Origin: Eledone cirrhosa
Lineage: Eukaryota
Direction: 5' to 3'
NCBI GenBank assembly: GCA_964016885.1
Contig: OZ024754.1
Location: 8,494,001 to 8,558,000, forward strand
Length of the DNA stretch: 64,000 nt
Below, piece by piece: positions 1 through 8,530 of the stretch; position 1 is the first letter of the stretch; each line of letters opens with the position of its first letter. Under the pieces are notes generated by a model that was not told the origin of the DNA, made no database searches, and saw nothing but the letters and a program-made list of their open reading frames with translations. The position numbers and the translations under genes are program-made.

Positions 1-370
1 TACCCAGTGCATTACTGGTACTTTATTTTATCGACCCCGTAAGGATGAAAGGCTAAGTTAATCTCGGCGAGATTTGAACTCAGACCAGAAAGGGGAGTAA
101 CTCTCTCTGCTGCAAAGCATGACATCCGACCCTCTACCGCTACTGACAATCCACCGCCTACCAATCTAATTTAGGCACAAAGCCAACAATTTGAGGGGAG
201 GGTCAAGTCGATTAAATCGAGGACAGTGTATTACTGGTACTGCATATTATCGACCCTGTAAGGATGAAAAGCAAAGTTAACCCAGGCGGAATTTGAACTC
301 AGAACATAAATAGACGTAACTCTATGCCGCAAAGCATGTTGTCCGACGCTCTACCGATGCAGCCCATCCA
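1..370 (-). mobile_element. Two adjacent copies of a tRNA-related SINE family
   Basis: Motif ACTGGTACT..TATCGACCC..AAGGATGAAA..ATTTGAACTCAG occurs at 1-83 and ~230-303; the minus strand has a B-box-like GAGTTCAAAT. The same family recurs at ~15300-15485, 23500-23685, 26670-26755, 29830-29935 and 30430-30570. Confidence 0.7.
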
Positions 371-550
371 TAATAGAAACGCAGTTAGTGACATTCCTCT
401 TTGTGATTGTAAATTGTTAAGCTGATAAGAGAAAACATTCACAGCTTTAATCCAGCTGCCTACTTCTTAACCACTCAAATGTCTTAGACACAAACATAGA
501 GAAGGATTTGCCAGGTTTTAACTGGTGTGGTGGTGGGAGGCGGAGGAGGA

Positions 551-662
551 GAAGAAGAAGAAGAAGAAGAAGAAGAAGAAGAAGAAGAAGAAGAAGAAGA
601 AGAAGAAGAAGAAGAAGAAGAAGAAGAAGAAGAAGAAGAAGAAGAAGAAGAAGAAGAAGAAG

Positions 663-738
<76 letters not shown>
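551..738. repeat. Compound microsatellite (GAA)n(CAA)n
   Basis: Directly visible; it explains the homopolymeric ORFs at 484-911. Confidence 0.97.
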
Positions 739-739
<1 letters not shown>

Positions 740-1137
740 AGAAGAAAAAAGAAGAGGAAAAAGAAGAAAAAAAGAAAGAAAAAGGTTTCCCCTTGGAGAA
801 GAGGATTTCTTTCTTGAAAGTCTGTCTTTAAAATGTCTTCCATATAAATCTATTCTACACTTTCGGCCATGTTTCTATCACTTCCCTCATCCAACATCAT
901 CGCCACCATAACAGTTAACTTTATGACAGCCGAAAGTTGTTACTACTTGAAGAAGTTGAGGTTTTTAGTTTTATATTCCTATATTGGTTAATATATTGGC
1001 AGTGTCAAACTTCAATGCCACATACTCAATTAGCTATAATGGACTCTCACATGGATAGATCTGTTATTTTTATCTAAAGACATTTTTTTCAAATTCCACC
1101 CCGCCCGTCCCTTAAATCTGTCTAATTTCTCATTCTT

Positions 1138-1173
1138 TCTTCTGATGAAGGACTAGCGTCCGAAATGTTAAGA
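1138..1173 (+). ncRNA. Minimal type I hammerhead ribozyme motif (PLE-type), probably decayed
   Basis: TCTT-CTGATGA-A-GGAC-TAGC-GTCC-GAAA-TGTT-AAGA: stem I TCTT/AAGA, stem II GGAC/GTCC, conserved core. GAAATGTT rather than palindromic GAAACGTT suggests CpG decay. Confidence 0.6.
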
Positions 1174-1498
1174 CCTTCTTCCTGCTATTTCAAGTTTTAA
1201 CCTAATATATTCCTTCCATATACTGTACCGATTGTGTTGTTATTTCTGTTTACCTTTTACATATATATATATATATATATTGTTATATTTGGGGAGGGTC
1301 ATATTTGTGTAATATTGCCAGAATTAATAACAGAACACACTCACTGTTTGGTTGGTTTTCGCTTCTCGCTGTCTTTTATATATATATATCTGCGATCTAA
1401 CTTACTCGGTCCTCAATGTTGCCATTGACTGACCGGCGGTCAAAAATAATACAGATACAATATAGACACAAACACATATATATAGTTTACATAATTTA

Positions 1499-1536
1499 CA
1501 TAAATCTTTCGTTGCACATCTGCAACATCGTCAGTG
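1499..1536 (-). ncRNA. Hammerhead ribozyme core in the Penelope 3' UTR
   Basis: Minus strand CTGACGA-T-GTTGCA-GATG-TGCAAC-GAAA-GATTTA: canonical core with a perfect 6-bp stem II, sense to the element. Stem I is weak. Confidence 0.65.
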
Positions 1537-1802
1537 GTGTTATATTCATTGTTCCTCCTGTTGTGTTGTATGTCTACGCCATTTTTTTTGTTCAGTCTGT
1601 CTATATATTTATTTATTTATTTGCTTGTTTGTTTATCTTATTTTATTTTGTCTTCTTTGCGCATGCGTTTGCGTGTGTGTATAGTGTTATGTGTGATGTG
1701 TGACTAGTGTGTATAGTGTTGTGTCTGCTGGGTGACTAGTGTGTGTTTATGTGCTTGTGTATGTATTTGTTTATCTTATTTTTTTAAATTTTATTTACTT
1801 AT

Positions 1803-2538
1803 TTATACTTCTCTTAGGTCAGTGTTGTTTGTTTGGGTGTTGTTGTTGTTCCACTCATTCTTTCTGTTTAGCTTTGGTCTTCTAATTTCTATTTCACTGG
1901 CCTCTCTGATTTGCCTATCTGCTGGGTCATTCCTATGTTTAGATATTATTCTAATTTCTATGTTGTCTATGTTACCGTCATGTTGTTGTCTAGCATGTTC
2001 GTATAGTACTGACCCGTTTTTTCGTCCTTTTAGTTCCCCCCAGTGTTGGTCTATCCTTTCACCTATGCTACGAGCTGTCTCACCTATGTATGTTGTTGTC
2101 ATGTTTCTGCAAGTACCCTCTGTACATCTTATGCTATAGACTACGTTTCTAGTTTTACAGTTTATCCGGGGGTTCACCTTACATATGATACATTTCCTAT
2201 TGGTACAGTGGGTTTTCTTAAAAGGGTAGGTTTTGCTGATCAGGGATTTTATGGTGGTTCCTGGCTTTTCTACCACCTTTATTTTTAAGTGGGTCTTTCT
2301 CAGGGCCTTTCTACACTGGTTAGCTAATTTCCCTCCAGGGGTGGCGTCCACAAACATGACACTCTGATATCTCTGGTTGTCGTACCATGATGTGGCCTTC
2401 CCTATCTTATGTCTAGCCCTATCTAAGCTATTCCATGATTTGCTCCTGTATAGTGGGCAAATTCCTTTCATGTCCAGTTCTATGAGGGTCTTATACTTTT
2501 CCATGGCTCCTTCGTATACTCTGACTCTGTCTCTTTGG
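1803..2538 (-). pseudogene. Penelope-like ORF, linker/Zn-knuckle plus GIY-YIG endonuclease (C-terminal fragment)
   Basis: CTNRKCIIC..CKTRNVVYSIRC..YIGETARSIGERIDQH..LYEH..IREASEI..PKLN; frame is open upstream to QRDRVRVYEGA at the inversion breakpoint. Confidence 0.9.
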
Positions 2539-2542
2539 GTGT

Positions 2543-3122
2543 AGAATCTACACCCAAAATGAGGGAGCAGCCATCGGCGTCAGCATAGCTGGTGATGTTG
2601 CCAACCTTTTCATGGTATGGTGGGAAAGGAGACTTAAAGATCTCCTTAATGAAAGCTCCATAGACCTCATCATGTACTCTCGTTATGTAGACGATATCAA
2701 TATAGTTATAAGAACACCCCCACTAGAGAGCACTAACAAGTTTGATTTGGAACGTAGCACGATGGAAAGCATCCAGCAGATAGCTAATTCCATACACCAG
2801 AGTATAACTGTAACTATAGACTTCCCTTCCAAACACCCTAACAATAGACTACCTGTATTAGACACAGAACTCTGGATTAACACTATAGACGAGAGAGCCC
2901 AAATTCTCCACTCACACTATGCTAAACCCATGGCCTCCAAATACCTGATACTCAAAAACTCAGCAATGTCCAGTAGTGCTAAGTTTAATATTCTGATCGC
3001 AGATTTGGTACGAGTGATGAAGAATGTGTCCAGCATGTGCGACCCAACAGAAATGGAAGGACACATCCAACACTTCATCAACCGCATGCAGTTCTCTGGC
3101 TACAACCAAAGAGACAGAGTCA
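2543..3122 (+). pseudogene. Penelope-like reverse transcriptase fragment (palm and thumb), inverted
   Basis: YTQNEGAAIGVSIAGDVANLFM, YSRYVDDI, LPVLDTELW, MQFSGYNQRDRV; it ends on the same residues at which the minus-strand fragment begins. Confidence 0.9.
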
Positions 3123-3270
3123 CTTTTGGATAGGAGACCTGACCGGGAGGGAGGGAGGTTGAGGAATCTAAAGAATTTAGCGGATAGGTAATCGTGAAGA
3201 TCCTTTACGCTATAACTTTGTAATGAACCTCAACCTCCCTCCCTCCCGGTCAGGTCTCCTATCCAAAAGT
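3122..3270. repeat. Viral terminal hairpin (~149 nt)
   Basis: Perfect 43-bp stem 3122-3164/3228-3270 containing GGGAGGGAGGGAGG; the 63-nt interior pairs imperfectly (AAAG/CTTT, TAGCG/CGCTA, AGG/CCT, ATC/GAT). Confidence 0.8.
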
Positions 3271-3339
3271 TCAGTGCATAGCACAGTTAGGAGAGGGGAC
3301 AGGCAAAGATATCAAATTACAAAGCAAGATTTGACAGTT

Positions 3340-3500
3340 AAGAAATGACGCAATATTAAAGCTACATCAGCAAAAAATAATGCTTGCGTTAGCAAAAGTA
3401 TAAATAGAACCACGTGACAGTAATTCAATATGCTAACGTCAGCAAGAATCGAGATATAAAAACAAAGAGCGCGCAACTCAAACTGCCACAACTCAGCAGA
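3340..3500 (+). promoter_or_regulatory. Putative viral Pol II promoter (mirror copy ~8190-8350 on -)
   Basis: TATAAATA at 3399-3406, TATAAAA at 3455-3461, E-box CACGTG at 3411, CRE-like TGACG/ACGTCA half-sites, all between the hairpin and ATG 3544. Confidence 0.5.
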
Positions 3501-3607
3501 CATCTTGCAGATACGAACGCCGTTACTCCGCAAAAAGATCAACATGAATTACGAAGATTTAAAGACGAGAGATCGAGATATGATTACTTCTTTGGCGGTA
3601 AGTCAGA

Positions 3608-5176
3608 ATGCCTTTACATTTACCAGGTTATAATTATTGTGGTCCATACACAAACAATTTACAAAAACAACCTGTTAACGAATTAGATAAATGCTGTCAA
3701 ATACACGACATAGAATACGGTAAAACAGAGGTAGATATAGCAGAAGCAGATAATAGATTAATACAGTGTTCTGAAAATATAGGCGGAGTAGCGGCGTTCG
3801 TAGTAGCAAACACAATCAAAGCTAAGAATTGGGTTATGCCACCGGCGAACAAAAAAAGAAGAGTAGAAGAAGAACAATCTAAGAAAAATCAAGAAGACCT
3901 TTGCGACGCATCAGACGAAGACTTTGTATCACAAGACAGCGGAATTAATAGTCAAACAGTAGACATGGGTGATCCACATGTAGGTCCAGCTCCTGGGGGC
4001 TCAGCAGCAATGGCAAGTGGAGATCAACCACCAGACATAGGCGATAAAAATCCAATCGTTTCAAAAAAATTTTCAAGAACTTTCATACACTACATAAACT
4101 GTTCGGATAATCCTACAGATAAAGCAATATACAAAACACATGATGATGAATACATAGAATTAACAATAAAACACAGAGCATCATACATACCATATACAGA
4201 ATTAAAAGCTAGTATGACAATAGCAGAATTAGAAACATATTTAACACCTTGCAATAATTTCAGAGTTAAATCATGTGGGTATCAAATATCAAATATAATT
4301 CCTTTAACAGACGAATTAGGAACATTACAAAATACAACTACAACTAACACAACATTCAATACAAGACCATGGATGATACATTACGTCGATAATAAATACT
4401 GTTTATTTCCTAATCAAACATACTTAATAGGACATTTAAACAATAATTGGACACATAACGTACCATTAACAAGGGAAGAAGGGAAACTAAATCAATGCAT
4501 TACAAATAGATTAATTAGAAAAGATTGGTGGTTATGGCAAGATACTAAGGCAGCGAAACCTACAGAACAAGAAATACCAGCAGAAGAAATATTGTCTTAT
4601 TTAAACACTGGTCAATTTCAATTCGTTTACGCTGGGGACACAGCAGGATATACATGGGTAAATAGAACTCCAAGTTGGTTCAATATGATGAACTATTATG
4701 CATTTAATTCTACATACGAACCACCAACAATAAAACTAACTAACGGGTTACCATGCGAAATAAATACTTATTCGGGGGCTAAAAAAAGTGCATGGGCACC
4801 AACGGAAAAAGGGGCATGGAGTAAATCAATGGCGGTAGATAAATCAAATGAAGAACAAAACACTGGCAGATCACATTTAACACAGTTTCCAATAAATCCA
4901 TCTAATCCACCGCCAATAGCTACTTTAGATTCTGTACCTATTCTAGATTCTCAAAACAATCCGGCTAAAATATCATTCATGATCACAATAACTTATCATT
5001 CTGAAATAGATTTCGAATATATTTCTGGCAGTCCACAAACCATGGGTTGGATGGCATGGGGAAAAGACAATGCAACAATACAAAATTCAGCCAAAACAAA
5101 TCTATGTAAATGGCCGCAAGGTTTACGTAATTATGAAATAACGAGAGTCGGTAAAACCCGACAAGCTCATCGTTAA
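3608..5176 (+). CDS. VP1: Parvoviral capsid protein VP1 with N-terminal phospholipase A2, 522 aa (copy 1)
   Basis: LPGYNYCGP Ca-loop-like motif, PVNELDKCCQIHDIEY catalytic HDxxY, ADxxL, NLS-like PPANKKRR, Gly-rich MGDPHVGPAPGGS (possible VP2 start), then a Thr/Asn-rich beta-type body. Confidence 0.9.
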   Translation: MPLHLPGYNYCGPYTNNLQKQPVNELDKCCQIHDIEYGKTEVDIAEADNRLIQCSENIGGVAAFVVANTIKAKNWVMPPANKKRRVEEEQSKKNQEDLCDASDEDFVSQDSGINSQTVDMGDPHVGPAPGGSAAMASGDQPPDIGDKNPIVSKKFSRTFIHYINCSDNPTDKAIYKTHDDEYIELTIKHRASYIPYTELKASMTIAELETYLTPCNNFRVKSCGYQISNIIPLTDELGTLQNTTTTNTTFNTRPWMIHYVDNKYCLFPNQTYLIGHLNNNWTHNVPLTREEGKLNQCITNRLIRKDWWLWQDTKAAKPTEQEIPAEEILSYLNTGQFQFVYAGDTAGYTWVNRTPSWFNMMNYYAFNSTYEPPTIKLTNGLPCEINTYSGAKKSAWAPTEKGAWSKSMAVDKSNEEQNTGRSHLTQFPINPSNPPPIATLDSVPILDSQNNPAKISFMITITYHSEIDFEYISGSPQTMGWMAWGKDNATIQNSAKTNLCKWPQGLRNYEITRVGKTRQAHR

Positions 5177-5183
5177 AGTAATA

Positions 5184-6473
5184 TTACAACAAATCTATCC
5201 ATTTTATATTTGCAGAAAAGAGGAATAAATTTTTATCGAATTTATTATTCGAAGTTATTATTAATGGTGTCCTGTGTACTATTTGGTCTTGACGGAATTT
5301 AACTGATACCTCAGTATCCGTCCCTTCCGCCAATTTCTTAAAAGTTTGTAGAGTTTCAAGAGAGAAGTTAGGTTCTTCTATGAGACCTAGCTCCACATTT
5401 ATTAAATTCTGGAAAGGGAAGCTGCTCGTTCCTTGAATGGTACTGACGTGCGTAAACATGTTAGATATACTACGCGCGATCATTGATTTGCCTGTGTTAG
5501 GCAGGCCGGTGAATACAAGCAAGTTTGTTTTGGCTTTGTATTTATTAAGCAAATCCCAAATACATTTTACAAGTTCTTCTTCGTCTATGTCTTGTGTCAT
5601 AATTATTGATCTAAATATTTTCAACGAAGTTTCGGTATCCATCCATAATTTGGTGTTTTCAAATTGTTTCCAATTCATATTCTCGAACTTTTCTTTGAAT
5701 GGCATTATCAGTGTTTTCAGTTTCACGCATTCGAGTACTTTCTTCATGACGCTGTCGTACATGGGATGACTGATAGCGCGCATGAAATTTTCGTTGTTTG
5801 CTCGGTTAAGCCAGTGTGTTTTCATCTCCTGTTCGTTTCGAAATTTTTTTGATGTGAATATATACGTCAGGTAGTTGAATAGAGTTAAAGTCGTACCACT
5901 TCTGCTTTTGAATGTCGGTTCGTCCGTGGCATGTCTTGTTGATGTACTCGTTTTAGGTGTTGGGCTACATTTAGGTACGTATTCTTTCGAGCACCATTCT
6001 GCAAATTCAGAGTTTATAGAACCGAGGCCTTTTATCAGTAAATATCTCGGTGGTTGGCAGAAGTAATTGGCCATGCTGCTAGGGAACTTTACTCTTTGAC
6101 ACTCTGGTATGTATCGCGCTAACTGTGTTCCCTTTTTGTACAAGCTTCTCACGTATTTGAGACGTTGGTTTTCTCCTGGTCTTATCTCTGAATTCCATAT
6201 GATATGGAAGTGGTTGAACGCATTCCATTCCTTTTTGTCGCATATTTTTGATTCTTTTGGATGGTAAATTACTGTTGCCTTGTTGATTTGAATAAATTCT
6301 ATTATTTTTCTGTTTGCATTAATTAGAAAGTTATTCTTGTATGCCCCTTCTTTTTCGTCGAAATCGTTTGTTGTTATTTCGTCGTGTTGTATCGGAACTC
6401 TACCGTTGTCCCAACTGAAGTCCGTTTCAAGTATCCAAGGATAAATGCACATGTACATTTTTATTCCTCTTTT
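5184..6473 (-). CDS. NS1: Parvoviral NS1/Rep main exon (HUH endonuclease plus SF3 helicase), C-terminus probably truncated at 5230
   Basis: FNHFHIIW (HUH), NYFCQPPR (catalytic Tyr), FTGLPNTGKS (Walker A), LIEEP (Walker B), FKKLAEG..VKF (B'), TPLIITSN (motif C). The last 14 aa are read from the antisense of the left arm. Confidence 0.9.
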   Translation of the reverse strand, partial: KRGIKMYMCIYPWILETDFSWDNGRVPIQHDEITTNDFDEKEGAYKNNFLINANRKIIEFIQINKATVIYHPKESKICDKKEWNAFNHFHIIWNSEIRPGENQRLKYVRSLYKKGTQLARYIPECQRVKFPSSMANYFCQPPRYLLIKGLGSINSEFAEWCSKEYVPKCSPTPKTSTSTRHATDEPTFKSRSGTTLTLFNYLTYIFTSKKFRNEQEMKTHWLNRANNENFMRAISHPMYDSVMKKVLECVKLKTLIMPFKEKFENMNWKQFENTKLWMDTETSLKIFRSIIMTQDIDEEELVKCIWDLLNKYKAKTNLLVFTGLPNTGKSMIARSISNMFTHVSTIQGTSSFPFQNLINVELGLIEEPNFSLETLQTFKKLAEGTDTEVSVKFRQDQIVHRTPLIITSNNKFDKNLFLFSANIKWIDLL

Positions 6474-6512
6474 CTGCAAATATAAAATGGATAGATTTGT
6501 TGTAATATTACT

Positions 6513-8081
6513 TTAACGATGAGCTTGTCGGGTTTTACCGACTCTCGTTATTTCATAATTACGTAAACCTTGCGGCCATTTACATAGATTTGTTTTGGCT
6601 GAATTTTGTATTGTTGCATTGTCTTTTCCCCATGCCATCCAACCCATGGTTTGTGGACTGCCAGAAATATATTCGAAATCTATTTCAGAATGATAAGTTA
6701 TTGTGATCATGAATGATATTTTAGCCGGATTGTTTTGAGAATCTAGAATAGGTACAGAATCTAAAGTAGCTATTGGCGGTGGATTAGATGGATTTATTGG
6801 AAACTGTGTTAAATGTGATCTGCCAGTGTTTTGTTCTTCATTTGATTTATCTACCGCCATTGATTTACTCCATGCCCCTTTTTCCGTTGGTGCCCATGCA
6901 CTTTTTTTAGCCCCCGAATAAGTATTTATTTCGCATGGTAACCCGTTAGTTAGTTTTATTGTTGGTGGTTCGTATGTAGAATTAAATGCATAATAGTTCA
7001 TCATATTGAACCAACTTGGAGTTCTATTTACCCATGTATATCCTGCTGTGTCCCCAGCGTAAACGAATTGAAATTGACCAGTGTTTAAATAAGACAATAT
7101 TTCTTCTGCTGGTATTTCTTGTTCTGTAGGTTTCGCTGCCTTAGTATCTTGCCATAACCACCAATCTTTTCTAATTAATCTATTTGTAATGCATTGATTT
7201 AGTTTCCCTTCTTCCCTTGTTAATGGTACGTTATGTGTCCAATTATTGTTTAAATGTCCTATTAAGTATGTTTGATTAGGAAATAAACAGTATTTATTAT
7301 CGACGTAATGTATCATCCATGGTCTTGTATTGAATGTTGTGTTAGTTGTAGTTGTATTTTGTAATGTTCCTAATTCGTCTGTTAAAGGAATTATATTTGA
7401 TATTTGATACCCACATGATTTAACTCTGAAATTATTGCAAGGTGTTAAATATGTTTCTAATTCTGCTATTGTCATACTAGCTTTTAATTCTGTATATGGT
7501 ATGTATGATGCTCTGTGTTTTATTGTTAATTCTATGTATTCATCATCATGTGTTTTGTATATTGCTTTATCTGTAGGATTATCCGAACAGTTTATGTAGT
7601 GTATGAAAGTTCTTGAAAATTTTTTTGAAACGATTGGATTTTTATCGCCTATGTCTGGTGGTTGATCTCCACTTGCCATTGCTGCTGAGCCCCCAGGAGC
7701 TGGACCTACATGTGGATCACCCATGTCTACTGTTTGACTATTAATTCCGCTGTCTTGTGATACAAAGTCTTCGTCTGATGCGTCGCAAAGGTCTTCTTGA
7801 TTTTTCTTAGATTGTTCTTCTTCTACTCTTCTTTTTTTGTTCGCCGGTGGCATAACCCAATTCTTAGCTTTGATTGTGTTTGCTACTACGAACGCCGCTA
7901 CTCCGCCTATATTTTCAGAACACTGTATTAATCTATTATCTGCTTCTGCTATATCTACCTCTGTTTTACCGTATTCTATGTCGTGTATTTGACAGCATTT
8001 ATCTAATTCGTTAACAGGTTGTTTTTGTAAATTGTTTGTGTATGGACCACAATAATTATAACCTGGTAAATGTAAAGGCAT
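6513..8081 (-). CDS. VP1: Parvoviral capsid protein VP1 with PLA2, 522 aa (copy 2, identical translation)
   Basis: Translation identical to 3608-5176. Confidence 0.9.
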   Translation of the reverse strand: MPLHLPGYNYCGPYTNNLQKQPVNELDKCCQIHDIEYGKTEVDIAEADNRLIQCSENIGGVAAFVVANTIKAKNWVMPPANKKRRVEEEQSKKNQEDLCDASDEDFVSQDSGINSQTVDMGDPHVGPAPGGSAAMASGDQPPDIGDKNPIVSKKFSRTFIHYINCSDNPTDKAIYKTHDDEYIELTIKHRASYIPYTELKASMTIAELETYLTPCNNFRVKSCGYQISNIIPLTDELGTLQNTTTTNTTFNTRPWMIHYVDNKYCLFPNQTYLIGHLNNNWTHNVPLTREEGKLNQCITNRLIRKDWWLWQDTKAAKPTEQEIPAEEILSYLNTGQFQFVYAGDTAGYTWVNRTPSWFNMMNYYAFNSTYEPPTIKLTNGLPCEINTYSGAKKSAWAPTEKGAWSKSMAVDKSNEEQNTGRSHLTQFPINPSNPPPIATLDSVPILDSQNNPAKISFMITITYHSEIDFEYISGSPQTMGWMAWGKDNATIQNSAKTNLCKWPQGLRNYEITRVGKTRQAHR

Positions 8082-8091
8082 TCTGACTTAC

Positions 8092-8145
8092 CGCCAAAGA
8101 AGTAATCATATCTCGATCTCTCGTCTTTAAATCTTCGTAATTCAT
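8092..8145 (-). CDS. Putative NS1 exon 1 (MNYEDLKTRDRDMITSLA); mirror copy 3544-3597 on +
   Basis: ATG plus 17 codons ending at a consensus donor GCG|GTAAGT, phase 0, compatible with the acceptor TTTTATATTTGCAG| at 6474. Confidence 0.65.
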
Positions 8146-8528
8146 GTTGATCTTTTTGCGGAGTAACGGCGTTCGTATCTGCAAGATGTCTGCTGAGTTG
8201 TGGCAGTTTGAGTTGCGCGCTCTTTGTTTTTATATCTCGATTCTTGCTGACGTTAGCATATTGAATTACTGTCACGTGGTTCTATTTATACTTTTGCTAA
8301 CGCAAGCATTATTTTTTGCTGATGTAGCTTTAATATTGCGTCATTTCTTAACTGTCAAATCTTGCTTTGTAATTTGATATCTTTGCCTGTCCCCTCTCCT
8401 AACTGTGCTATGCACTGAACTTTTGGATAGGAGACCTGACCGGGAGGGAGGGAGGTTGAGGTTCATTACAAAGTTATAGCGTAAAGGATCTTCACGATTA
8501 CCTATCCGCTAAATTCTTTAGATTCTTT

Positions 8529-8530
<2 letters not shown>

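Larger units (their letters stand above)
1390..3122 (-). mobile_element. Penelope-like retroelement, 5'-truncated with 5' inversion
   Basis: GIY-YIG C-terminal half on - (2538->1803), preceding RT segment inverted on + (2543-3122), 17-bp overlap CCAAAGAGACAGAGTCA duplicated at both breakpoints, hammerhead in the 3' UTR. The 3' end is inferred where it meets (TA)n at ~1377-1389. Confidence 0.85.
3164..5229 (+). repeat. Left arm of a ~2066-bp inverted repeat
   Basis: Reverse complement of 6460-8525 (paired coordinates sum to 11689); translations of mirrored ORFs are identical, and nucleotides match in spot checks. Confidence 0.95.
3122..8525. mobile_element. Endogenous parvovirus/densovirus-like element with fold-back (inverted duplication) structure
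   Basis: PLA2-capsid ORFs on both arms, HUH plus SF3 NS1 in the centre, terminal hairpin; about 5.4 kb. Confidence 0.93.
6460..8525 (-). repeat. Right arm of the ~2066-bp inverted repeat
   Basis: Reverse complement of 3164-5229; ends in a 9-bp tandem duplication TCTTTAGAT (8515-8532) followed by (TA)n. Confidence 0.95.

Noticed and set aside
484-911. Homopolymeric ORFs (polyE/Q, K/N, R/T, S/C)
   Set aside because: Translations of the (GAA)n(CAA)n microsatellite in all frames; no splice or domain support.
3312-3686. 77-aa and 90-aa ORFs in the viral leader (and mirrors at 8003-8377)
   Set aside because: Non-ATG starts overlapping the presumed promoter; no recognisable motifs.
3608-6479. Reading the left VP plus NS1 as an ordinary ambisense densovirus
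   Set aside because: Disfavoured but not excluded: NS1 lacks the Arg finger at that junction, I see no minus-strand AATAAA shortly after its stop, and the opposite junction gives an in-frame splice acceptor.
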